From the human T2T-CHM13v2.0 reference genome, Homo sapiens: a DNA stretch of 64,000 nt. Position numbers and translations under genes: made by a program. The notes beneath the pieces were generated by a model. It saw only the letters and a program-made list of their open reading frames with translations, was not told where the DNA came from and made no database searches. Positions 51,969 to 64,000 of this stretch are shown here, piece by piece. Numbering within the stretch: the first letter of the stretch is position 1; every line of letters starts with the position of its first letter. The stretch lies in the NCBI RefSeq assembly GCF_009914755.1, contig NC_060928.1; one strand, 5' to 3'.

Positions 51969-54900
51969 AGTTGAACCTTCCTTTTGACACAGCAGTTTTG
52001 AAACAATCTTTTTGTAGAATCTGCAAGTGGATATTTGGATAGCTTTGAGGATTTCGTTGGAAACGGGATATCTTCATATAAAATCTAGACAGAAGCATTC
52101 TCAGAAACTTCTTTGTGCTGTATGTCCTCAATTAACAGAGTTGAACCATTGCTTGGATACAGCATTTTGGAAACATTCCTTGAGTAGAATCTGCAAGTTG
52201 ATATTTAGATAGATTTGAAGATTTCGTTGGAAAAGGGAATATCTCCATAGAAAATCTAGAGGGAAGCATTCTCAGAAACTGCTTTGTGATGTTTCCATTC
52301 AAGTCACAGAGTTGAATATTCCCTTTTATAGAGCACGTTTGAAACACTCTTTCTGCACTATCTGGAAGTGGACATTTCGAGCGCTTTGAGGCCTATGGTG
52401 AAAAAGGAAATATCTTCCCATAAAAACTAGACAGAAGCATTCTCAGAAACTTGTTTGTGATGTGTGTATTCAACTAACAGAGTTGAACTTTTGTTTTTAC
52501 AGAGCCGTTTTAAAACACTCTTTTTGTGGAATCAGAAAGTGGATATTCGGATGGCTCTGAGGATTTCGTTGGAAGCGGGATTACATATAAAATCTAGAGA
52601 GAAGCATTCTCAGGAACTTCTTTGTGATGTTTGCATTGAAGTCACAGAATTGAACATTCACTTTGATAGAGCAGGTTTGAAACACTCATTCTGTAGTATC
52701 TGGAAGTGGACATTTCAAGCGCTTTCAGGCCTATGGTGAGAAAGGAAATATCTTCGAATAAAAACTAGACAGAAGCATCCTCAGAAACTTATTTGTGATG
52801 TGTGTCCTCAACTAACAGAGTTGAAACTTTGTTTTGATACAGCATTTTGGAAACACTCTTTTTGTAGAATCTGCAGGTGGATATTTGGATAGCTTAGAGG
52901 GATTCGTTGGAAAGGGGATATCTTCATATAAAATCTAGACAGAAGCATTCTCAGAAACTTATTTGTGATGTGTGTCCTCAACTAACAGAGTTGAACCTTG
53001 GTTTTGATACAGCATTTTGGAAACACTCCTTTTGTAGAATCTGCAGGTGGATATGTGGATAGCTCTGAAGATTTCGTTGGAAACGGGAATTTCTTCATAT
53101 AAAATCAAACAGAAGCATTCTCAGAAACTTCTCAGTGATGTTTGCATTCAGCTCATGGAGTTGAACACTTCCTTTCATAGAGCCGGTTTGAAACACTCTT
53201 TCTGCACTACCTGGAAGAGGACATTTCGAGCGCTTTGAGTCCTATGGTGAAAAAGGAAATATCTTCTCATAAAAACCAGAAAGAAGCATTCTCAGAAACT
53301 TCTTTGTGTTGTGTGTACTCATGTAACAGTGTTGAACCATCCTTTTGACAGAGCAGTTTTGAAACACTCTTTTTGTAGAATCTGCAAGTGGATATTTGGA
53401 TAGCTTTGAGGATTTCGTTGGAAACGGGATGACATATAATATCTAGAGAGAAGCATTCTCAGGAACTTCTTTGTGATGTTTGCATTCAAGTCACAGAATT
53501 GAACATTCCCTTTCATAGAGCAGGTTTGAAACACTCTTTCTCTAGTATCTGGAAGTGGGCATTTCAAGCGCTTTCAGGCCTATGGAGAGAAAGGAAATAC
53601 CTTCAAATAAAAACTAGACAGAAGCATTCTCAGAAACTTATTTGTGATGTGTGTCCTCAACTAACAGAGTTGAACCTTTGTTTTGATACAGCATTTTGGA
53701 AACACTCCTTTTGTAGAATCTGCAGGTGGATATTTGGATAACTTTGAAGATTTCGTTGGAAACCGGAATATCTTCATATAAAATCAAGACAGAAGCATTC
53801 TCGGAAACATCTCTGTGATGTTTGCATTCAACTCAGTAGAGTTGAACACTTCCTTTCATAGAGCCGGTTTGAAACACTCTTTCTGCACTACCTGGAAGCG
53901 GACATTTCGAGCGCTTTGAGGCCTATGGTGAAAAAGGAAATATCTTCTCATAAAAACCAGAAAGAAGCATTCTCAGAAACTTCTTTGTGTTGTGTGTACT
54001 CAAGTAACAGTGTTGAACCTTCCTTTTGACACAGCAGTTTTGAAACACTCTTTTGGTAGAATCTGCAAGTGGATATTTGGATAGCTTTGAGGATTTCGTT
54101 GGAAACGGGTTATCTTCATATAAAATCCAGACAGGAGCATTCTCAGAAACTTCTTTGTGCTGCATGTCCTCAATTCACAGAGCTGAACCTTTGTTTGGAT
54201 ACAGCATTTTGGAAACATTCCTTTAGTAGAATCTGCAAGTTGATATTTAGATAGCTTTGAAGATTTCGTTGGAAACGGGAATATCTTCATAGAAAATCTA
54301 GACGGAAGCATTCTCAGAAACTGCTTTGTGATGTTTGCATTCAAGTCACAGAGTTGAATATTCCCTTTTATAGAGTAGGTTTGAAACACTCTTTCGGCAC
54401 TACCTGGAAGTGGATATTTCGAGCTCTTTGAGGCCTATGGTTAAAAGGAAATATCTTCCCATAAAAACTAGACAGAAGCCGTCTCAGAAACTTGTTTGTG
54501 ATGTGTGTATTCAACTACCAGAGTTGAACATTTCTGTTACAGAGCAATTTTAAAACACTCTTTTTGTGGAATCTGAAAGTGGATAATTGGATAGCTTTGT
54601 GGATTTCGTTGGAAACGGGATGACGTATAAAATCTAGAGAGAAGCATTCTCAGGAACTTCTTTCTGATGTTTGCATTCAAGTCACAGAATTGAACATTCC
54701 TTTTCATAGTGCAGGTTTGAAACACTCTTTCTGTAGTATCTGGAAGTGGACATTTCAAGCGCTTTCAGGCCTACGGGGAGAAAGGAAATATCTTCAAATA
54801 AAAACTAGACAGAAGGATTCTCAGAAACTTATTTGTGATGTGTGTCCTAAACGAACACAGTTGAACCTTTGTTTTGATACAGCATTTTGGAAACACTCCT

Positions 54901-57900
54901 TTTGTAGGATCTGCAGGTGGATATTTGGATAGATTTTAAGATTTCGTTGGAAACGGGAGTTTCTTCATAGAAACTCAAGACAGATGCATTCTCAGAAACA
55001 TCTCTGTGATGTTTGCATTCCACTCATAGAGTTGAAAACTTCCTTTCATAGAGCAGGTTTGAAACACTCTTTTTGTAATATTTGGAAGTGGACATTTGCA
55101 GCGCTTTGAGGCCTATGGTGAAAAAGGAAATATCTTCTCATAAAAACCAGAAACAAGCATTCTCAGAAACTTCTTTTTGATGTGTGTACTCAAGTAACAG
55201 AGTTGAACCTTCCTTTTGACACAGCAGTTTTGAAACAATCTTTTTGTAGAATCTGCAAGTGGATATTTGGATAGCTTTGAGGATTTCGTTGGAAACGGGA
55301 TATCTTCATATAAAATCTAGACAGAAGCATTCTCAGAAACTTCTTTGTGCTGTATGTCCTCAATTAACAGAGTTGAACCATTGCTTGGATACAGCATTTT
55401 GGAAACATTCCTTGAGTAGAATCTGCAAGTTGATATTTAGATAGATTTGAAGATTTCGTTGGAAAAGGGAATATCTCCATAGAAAATCTAGAGGGAAGCA
55501 TTCTCAGAAACTGCTTTGTGATGTTTCCATTCAAGTCACAGAGTTGAATATTCCCTTTTATAGAGCACGTTTGAAACACTCTTTCTGCACTATCTGGAAG
55601 TGGACATTTCGAGCGCTTTGAGGCCTATGGTGAAAAAGGAAATATCTTCCCATAAAAACTAGACAGAAGCATTCTCAGAAACTTGTTTGTGATGTGTGTA
55701 TTCAACTAACAGAGTTGAACTTTTGTTTTTACAGAGCCGTTTTAAAACACTCTTTTTGTGGAATCAGAAAGTGGATATTCGGATGGCTCTGAGGATTTCG
55801 TTGGAAGCGGGATTACATATAAAATCTAGAGAGAAGCATTCTCAGGAACTTCTTTGTGATGTTTGCATTGAAGTCACAGAATTGAACATTCACTTTGATA
55901 GAGCAGGTTTGAAACACTCATTCTGTAGTATCTGGAAGTGGACATTTCAAGCGCTTTCAGGCCTATGGTGAGAAAGGAAATATCTTCGAATAAAAACTAG
56001 ACAGAAGCATCCTCAGAAACTTATTTGTGATGTGTGTCCTCAACTAACAGAGTTGAAACTTTGTTTTGATACAGCATTTTGGAAACACTCTTTTTGTAGA
56101 ATCTGCAGGTGGATATTTGGATAGCTTAGAGGGATTCGTTGGAAAGGGGATATCTTCATATAAAATCTAGACAGAAGCATTCTCAGAAACTTATTTGTGA
56201 TGTGTGTCCTCAACTAACAGAGTTGAACCTTGGTTTTGATACAGCATTTTGGAAACACTCCTTTTGTAGAATCTGCAGGTGGATATGTGGATAGCTCTGA
56301 AGATTTCGTTGGAAACGGGAATTTCTTCATATAAAATCAAACAGAAGCATTCTCAGAAACTTCTCAGTGATGTTTGCATTCAGCTCATGGAGTTGAACAC
56401 TTCCTTTCATAGAGCCGGTTTGAAACACTCTTTCTGCACTACCTGGAAGAGGACATTTCGAGCGCTTTGAGTCCTATGGTGAAAAAGGAAATATCTTCTC
56501 ATAAAAACCAGAAAGAAGCATTCTCAGAAACTTCTTTGTGTTGTGTGTACTCATGTAACAGTGTTGAACCATCCTTTTGACAGAGCAGTTTTGAAACACT
56601 CTTTTTGTAGAATCTGCAAGTGGATATTTGGATAGCTTTGAGGATTTCGTTGGAAACGGGATGACATATAATATCTAGAGAGAAGCATTCTCAGGAACTT
56701 CTTTGTGATGTTTGCATTCAAGTCACAGAATTGAACATTCCCTTTCATAGAGCAGGTTTGAAACACTCTTTCTCTAGTATCTGGAAGTGGGCATTTCAAG
56801 CGCTTTCAGGCCTATGGAGAGAAAGGAAATACCTTCAAATAAAAACTAGACAGAAGCATTCTCAGAAACTTATTTGTGATGTGTGTCCTCAACTAACAGA
56901 GTTGAACCTTTGTTTTGATACAGCATTTTGGAAACACTCCTTTTGTAGAATCTGCAGGTGGATATTTGGATAACTTTGAAGATTTCGTTGGAAACCGGAA
57001 TATCTTCATATAAAATCAAGACAGAAGCATTCTCGGAAACATCTCTGTGATGTTTGCATTCAACTCAGTAGAGTTGAACACTTCCTTTCATAGAGCCGGT
57101 TTGAAACACTCTTTCTGCACTACCTGGAAGCGGACATTTCGAGCGCTTTGAGGCCTATGGTGAAAAAGGAAATATCTTCTCATAAAAACCAGAAAGAAGC
57201 ATTCTCAGAAACTTCTTTGTGTTGTGTGTACTCAAGTAACAGTGTTGAACCTTCCTTTTGACACAGCAGTTTTGAAACACTCTTTTGGTAGAATCTGCAA
57301 GTGGATATTTGGATAGCTTTGAGGATTTCGTTGGAAACGGGTTATCTTCATATAAAATCCAGACAGGAGCATTCTCAGAAACTTCTTTGTGCTGCATGTC
57401 CTCAATTCACAGAGCTGAACCTTTGTTTGGATACAGCATTTTGGAAACATTCCTTTAGTAGAATCTGCAAGTTGATATTTAGATAGCTTTGAAGATTTCG
57501 TTGGAAACGGGAATATCTTCATAGAAAATCTAGACGGAAGCATTCTCAGAAACTGCTTTGTGATGTTTGCATTCAAGTCACAGAGTTGAATATTCCCTTT
57601 TATAGAGTAGGTTTGAAACACTCTTTCGGCACTACCTGGAAGTGGATATTTCGAGCTCTTTGAGGCCTATGGTTAAAAGGAAATATCTTCCCATAAAAAC
57701 TAGACAGAAGCCGTCTCAGAAACTTGTTTGTGATGTGTGTATTCAACTACCAGAGTTGAACATTTCTGTTACAGAGCAATTTTAAAACACTCTTTTTGTG
57801 GAATCTGAAAGTGGATAATTGGATAGCTTTGTGGATTTCGTTGGAAACGGGATGACGTATAAAATCTAGAGAGAAGCATTCTCAGGAACTTCTTTCTGAT

Positions 57901-60900
57901 GTTTGCATTCAAGTCACAGAATTGAACATTCCTTTTCATAGTGCAGGTTTGAAACACTCTTTCTGTAGTATCTGGAAGTGGACATTTCAAGCGCTTTCAG
58001 GCCTACGGGGAGAAAGGAAATATCTTCAAATAAAAACTAGACAGAAGGATTCTCAGAAACTTATTTGTGATGTGTGTCCTAAACGAACACAGTTGAACCT
58101 TTGTTTTGATACAGCATTTTGGAAACACTCCTTTTGTAGGATCTGCAGGTGGATATTTGGATAGATTTTAAGATTTCGTTGGAAACGGGAGTTTCTTCAT
58201 AGAAACTCAAGACAGATGCATTCTCAGAAACATCTCTGTGATGTTTGCATTCCACTCATAGAGTTGAAAACTTCCTTTCATAGAGCAGGTTTGAAACACT
58301 CTTTTTGTAATATTTGGAAGTGGACATTTGCAGCGCTTTGAGGCCTATGGTGAAAAAGGAAATATCTTCTCATAAAAACCAGAAACAAGCATTCTCAGAA
58401 ACTTCTTTTTGATGTGTGTACTCAAGTAACAGAGTTGAACCTTCCTTTTGACACAGCAGTTTTGAAACAATCTTTTTGTAGAATCTGCAAGTGGATATTT
58501 GGATAGCTTTGAGGATTTCGTTGGAAACGGGATATCTTCATATAAAATCTAGACAGAAGCATTCTCAGAAACTTCTTTGTGCTGTATGTCCTCAATTAAC
58601 AGAGTTGAACCATTGCTTGGATACAGCATTTTGGAAACATTCCTTGAGTAGAATCTGCAAGTTGATATTTAGATAGATTTGAAGATTTCGTTGGAAAAGG
58701 GAATATCTCCATAGAAAATCTAGAGGGAAGCATTCTCAGAAACTGCTTTGTGATGTTTCCATTCAAGTCACAGAGTTGAATATTCCCTTTTATAGAGCAC
58801 GTTTGAAACACTCTTTCTGCACTATCTGGAAGTGGACATTTCGAGCGCTTTGAGGCCTATGGTGAAAAAGGAAATATCTTCCCATAAAAACTAGACAGAA
58901 GCATTCTCAGAAACTTGTTTGTGATGTGTGTATTCAACTAACAGAGTTGAACTTTTGTTTTTACAGAGCCGTTTTAAAACACTCTTTTTGTGGAATCAGA
59001 AAGTGGATATTCGGATGGCTCTGAGGATTTCGTTGGAAGCGGGATTACATATAAAATCTAGAGAGAAGCATTCTCAGGAACTTCTTTGTGATGTTTGCAT
59101 TGAAGTCACAGAATTGAACATTCACTTTGATAGAGCAGGTTTGAAACACTCATTCTGTAGTATCTGGAAGTGGACATTTCAAGCGCTTTCAGGCCTATGG
59201 TGAGAAAGGAAATATCTTCGAATAAAAACTAGACAGAAGCATCCTCAGAAACTTATTTGTGATGTGTGTCCTCAACTAACAGAGTTGAAACTTTGTTTTG
59301 ATACAGCATTTTGGAAACACTCTTTTTGTAGAATCTGCAGGTGGATATTTGGATAGCTTAGAGGGATTCGTTGGAAAGGGGATATCTTCATATAAAATCT
59401 AGACAGAAGCATTCTCAGAAACTTATTTGTGATGTGTGTCCTCAACTAACAGAGTTGAACCTTGGTTTTGATACAGCATTTTGGAAACACTCCTTTTGTA
59501 GAATCTGCAGGTGGATATGTGGATAGCTCTGAAGATTTCGTTGGAAACGGGAATTTCTTCATATAAAATCAAACAGAAGCATTCTCAGAAACTTCTCAGT
59601 GATGTTTGCATTCAGCTCATGGAGTTGAACACTTCCTTTCATAGAGCCGGTTTGAAACACTCTTTCTGCACTACCTGGAAGAGGACATTTCGAGCGCTTT
59701 GAGTCCTATGGTGAAAAAGGAAATATCTTCTCATAAAAACCAGAAAGAAGCATTCTCAGAAACTTCTTTGTGTTGTGTGTACTCATGTAACAGTGTTGAA
59801 CCATCCTTTTGACAGAGCAGTTTTGAAACACTCTTTTTGTAGAATCTGCAAGTGGATATTTGGATAGCTTTGAGGATTTCGTTGGAAACGGGATGACATA
59901 TAATATCTAGAGAGAAGCATTCTCAGGAACTTCTTTGTGATGTTTGCATTCAAGTCACAGAATTGAACATTCCCTTTCATAGAGCAGGTTTGAAACACTC
60001 TTTCTCTAGTATCTGGAAGTGGGCATTTCAAGCGCTTTCAGGCCTATGGAGAGAAAGGAAATACCTTCAAATAAAAACTAGACAGAAGCATTCTCAGAAA
60101 CTTATTTGTGATGTGTGTCCTCAACTAACAGAGTTGAACCTTTGTTTTGATACAGCATTTTGGAAACACTCCTTTTGTAGAATCTGCAGGTGGATATTTG
60201 GATAACTTTGAAGATTTCGTTGGAAACCGGAATATCTTCATATAAAATCAAGACAGAAGCATTCTCGGAAACATCTCTGTGATGTTTGCATTCAACTCAG
60301 TAGAGTTGAACACTTCCTTTCATAGAGCCGGTTTGAAACACTCTTTCTGCACTACCTGGAAGCGGACATTTCGAGCGCTTTGAGGCCTATGGTGAAAAAG
60401 GAAATATCTTCTCATAAAAACCAGAAAGAAGCATTCTCAGAAACTTCTTTGTGTTGTGTGTACTCAAGTAACAGTGTTGAACCTTCCTTTTGACACAGCA
60501 GTTTTGAAACACTCTTTTGGTAGAATCTGCAAGTGGATATTTGGATAGCTTTGAGGATTTCGTTGGAAACGGGTTATCTTCATATAAAATCCAGACAGGA
60601 GCATTCTCAGAAACTTCTTTGTGCTGCATGTCCTCAATTCACAGAGCTGAACCTTTGTTTGGATACAGCATTTTGGAAACATTCCTTTAGTAGAATCTGC
60701 AAGTTGATATTTAGATAGCTTTGAAGATTTCGTTGGAAACGGGAATATCTTCATAGAAAATCTAGACGGAAGCATTCTCAGAAACTGCTTTGTGATGTTT
60801 GCATTCAAGTCACAGAGTTGAATATTCCCTTTTATAGAGTAGGTTTGAAACACTCTTTCGGCACTACCTGGAAGTGGATATTTCGAGCTCTTTGAGGCCT

Positions 60901-63900
60901 ATGGTTAAAAGGAAATATCTTCCCATAAAAACTAGACAGAAGCCGTCTCAGAAACTTGTTTGTGATGTGTGTATTCAACTACCAGAGTTGAACATTTCTG
61001 TTACAGAGCAATTTTAAAACACTCTTTTTGTGGAATCTGAAAGTGGATAATTGGATAGCTTTGTGGATTTCGTTGGAAACGGGATGACGTATAAAATCTA
61101 GAGAGAAGCATTCTCAGGAACTTCTTTCTGATGTTTGCATTCAAGTCACAGAATTGAACATTCCTTTTCATAGTGCAGGTTTGAAACACTCTTTCTGTAG
61201 TATCTGGAAGTGGACATTTCAAGCGCTTTCAGGCCTACGGGGAGAAAGGAAATATCTTCAAATAAAAACTAGACAGAAGGATTCTCAGAAACTTATTTGT
61301 GATGTGTGTCCTAAACGAACACAGTTGAACCTTTGTTTTGATACAGCATTTTGGAAACACTCCTTTTGTAGGATCTGCAGGTGGATATTTGGATAGATTT
61401 TAAGATTTCGTTGGAAACGGGAGTTTCTTCATAGAAACTCAAGACAGATGCATTCTCAGAAACATCTCTGTGATGTTTGCATTCCACTCATAGAGTTGAA
61501 AACTTCCTTTCATAGAGCAGGTTTGAAACACTCTTTTTGTAATATTTGGAAGTGGACATTTGCAGCGCTTTGAGGCCTATGGTGAAAAAGGAAATATCTT
61601 CTCATAAAAACCAGAAACAAGCATTCTCAGAAACTTCTTTTTGATGTGTGTACTCAAGTAACAGAGTTGAACCTTCCTTTTGACACAGCAGTTTTGAAAC
61701 AATCTTTTTGTAGAATCTGCAAGTGGATATTTGGATAGCTTTGAGGATTTCGTTGGAAACGGGATATCTTCATATAAAATCTAGACAGAAGCATTCTCAG
61801 AAACTTCTTTGTGCTGTATGTCCTCAATTAACAGAGTTGAACCATTGCTTGGATACAGCATTTTGGAAACATTCCTTGAGTAGAATCTGCAAGTTGATAT
61901 TTAGATAGATTTGAAGATTTCGTTGGAAAAGGGAATATCTCCATAGAAAATCTAGAGGGAAGCATTCTCAGAAACTGCTTTGTGATGTTTCCATTCAAGT
62001 CACAGAGTTGAATATTCCCTTTTATAGAGCACGTTTGAAACACTCTTTCTGCACTATCTGGAAGTGGACATTTCGAGCGCTTTGAGGCCTATGGTGAAAA
62101 AGGAAATATCTTCCCATAAAAACTAGACAGAAGCATTCTCAGAAACTTGTTTGTGATGTGTGTATTCAACTAACAGAGTTGAACTTTTGTTTTTACAGAG
62201 CCGTTTTAAAACACTCTTTTTGTGGAATCAGAAAGTGGATATTCGGATGGCTCTGAGGATTTCGTTGGAAGCGGGATTACATATAAAATCTAGAGAGAAG
62301 CATTCTCAGGAACTTCTTTGTGATGTTTGCATTGAAGTCACAGAATTGAACATTCACTTTGATAGAGCAGGTTTGAAACACTCATTCTGTAGTATCTGGA
62401 AGTGGACATTTCAAGCGCTTTCAGGCCTATGGTGAGAAAGGAAATATCTTCGAATAAAAACTAGACAGAAGCATCCTCAGAAACTTATTTGTGATGTGTG
62501 TCCTCAACTAACAGAGTTGAAACTTTGTTTTGATACAGCATTTTGGAAACACTCTTTTTGTAGAATCTGCAGGTGGATATTTGGATAGCTTAGAGGGATT
62601 CGTTGGAAAGGGGATATCTTCATATAAAATCTAGACAGAAGCATTCTCAGAAACTTATTTGTGATGTGTGTCCTCAACTAACAGAGTTGAACCTTGGTTT
62701 TGATACAGCATTTTGGAAACACTCCTTTTGTAGAATCTGCAGGTGGATATGTGGATAGCTCTGAAGATTTCGTTGGAAACGGGAATTTCTTCATATAAAA
62801 TCAAACAGAAGCATTCTCAGAAACTTCTCAGTGATGTTTGCATTCAGCTCATGGAGTTGAACACTTCCTTTCATAGAGCCGGTTTGAAACACTCTTTCTG
62901 CACTACCTGGAAGAGGACATTTCGAGCGCTTTGAGTCCTATGGTGAAAAAGGAAATATCTTCTCATAAAAACCAGAAAGAAGCATTCTCAGAAACTTCTT
63001 TGTGTTGTGTGTACTCATGTAACAGTGTTGAACCATCCTTTTGACAGAGCAGTTTTGAAACACTCTTTTTGTAGAATCTGCAAGTGGATATTTGGATAGC
63101 TTTGAGGATTTCGTTGGAAACGGGATGACATATAATATCTAGAGAGAAGCATTCTCAGGAACTTCTTTGTGATGTTTGCATTCAAGTCACAGAATTGAAC
63201 ATTCCCTTTCATAGAGCAGGTTTGAAACACTCTTTCTCTAGTATCTGGAAGTGGGCATTTCAAGCGCTTTCAGGCCTATGGAGAGAAAGGAAATACCTTC
63301 AAATAAAAACTAGACAGAAGCATTCTCAGAAACTTATTTGTGATGTGTGTCCTCAACTAACAGAGTTGAACCTTTGTTTTGATACAGCATTTTGGAAACA
63401 CTCCTTTTGTAGAATCTGCAGGTGGATATTTGGATAACTTTGAAGATTTCGTTGGAAACCGGAATATCTTCATATAAAATCAAGACAGAAGCATTCTCGG
63501 AAACATCTCTGTGATGTTTGCATTCAACTCAGTAGAGTTGAACACTTCCTTTCATAGAGCCGGTTTGAAACACTCTTTCTGCACTACCTGGAAGCGGACA
63601 TTTCGAGCGCTTTGAGGCCTATGGTGAAAAAGGAAATATCTTCTCATAAAAACCAGAAAGAAGCATTCTCAGAAACTTCTTTGTGTTGTGTGTACTCAAG
63701 TAACAGTGTTGAACCTTCCTTTTGACACAGCAGTTTTGAAACACTCTTTTGGTAGAATCTGCAAGTGGATATTTGGATAGCTTTGAGGATTTCGTTGGAA
63801 ACGGGTTATCTTCATATAAAATCCAGACAGGAGCATTCTCAGAAACTTCTTTGTGCTGCATGTCCTCAATTCACAGAGCTGAACCTTTGTTTGGATACAG

Positions 63901-64000
63901 CATTTTGGAAACATTCCTTTAGTAGAATCTGCAAGTTGATATTTAGATAGCTTTGAAGATTTCGTTGGAAACGGGAATATCTTCATAGAAAATCTAGACG

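Larger units (their letters stand above)
1..64000 (+). repeat. Centromeric alpha-satellite HOR array, about 19.8 tandem copies of a 3,232-bp 19-monomer unit
   Basis: ~171-bp monomers carry the alphoid hallmarks CATTCTCAGAAAC, GAGTTGAAC, TTTGAAACACTCTTT and TTCGTTGGAAACGGGA throughout. Every recurring ORF in the track repeats at exactly +3,232 bp (315, 3547, 6779 ... 61723). The array runs off both window ends. Confidence 0.99.
1..64000 (+). other. D4Z1: Probable identity: human chromosome 4 live centromeric array D4Z1 (S2C4H1L, SF2)
   Basis: Seen: 19-mer, 3.2-kb HOR, largely dimeric A/B monomer pattern and near-identical copies typical of an active array. Recalled knowledge: D4Z1 is a 19-mer ~3.2-kb SF2 HOR. 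Not confirmed by alignment. Confidence 0.85.

Noticed and set aside
315-63986. Roughly 220 short ORFs (61-129 aa) on both strands, e.g. MDIWIALRISLETG..., MFQTYSIKGNIQLCD...
   Set aside because: They are translations of alpha-satellite monomers recurring at the HOR period, many starting at GTG/TTG, with no recognisable domain or gene structure. Any similar database 'proteins' would most likely be mis-annotated satellite.
1-64000. CRISPR-like appearance of a conserved motif (GCATTCTCAGAAAC) at regular spacing
   Set aside because: The intervening sequences are homologous monomers that repeat exactly each HOR rather than unique spacers; the period is ~171 bp and there are no cas genes.
1-64000. 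Possible L1/Alu insertion, inversion or HOR structural variant
   Set aside because: The constant 3,232-bp period and single orientation across the window leave no room for any; no poly(A) tails or target-site duplications were seen.

Overview
The whole 64 kb window is a single uninterrupted, single-orientation primate (human-type) centromeric alpha-satellite array. It contains about 19.8 head-to-tail copies of a 3,232-bp higher-order repeat (HOR) made of 19 monomers of 166-172 bp. Unit size, monomer number and the pJalpha/CENP-B box pattern fit the chromosome 4 live array D4Z1 (S2C4H1L, suprachromosomal family 2); this assignment is from recall, not from a search. There are no genes, RNA genes, transposon insertions, inversions or HOR length variants, and all listed ORFs are by-products of the repeat. 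I found no new gene system. The informative structure is evolutionary: (1) the 19-mer decomposes into copies of an older 7-mer, a 4-mer and one extra monomer, with a hybrid monomer joined at a CENP-B box; (2) each HOR has 8 intact and 3 broken CENP-B boxes; (3) 16 single-base variants, read by eye, define sub-blocks, including a 6,464-bp two-HOR super-repeat at about 29-52 kb with an extra one-HOR duplication inside it. Convention: HOR copy k starts at 1+3232*(k-1), 'offset' is the position within a copy, and m1-m19 are my own monomer labels starting at 43. Variant calls are manual and may be incomplete.
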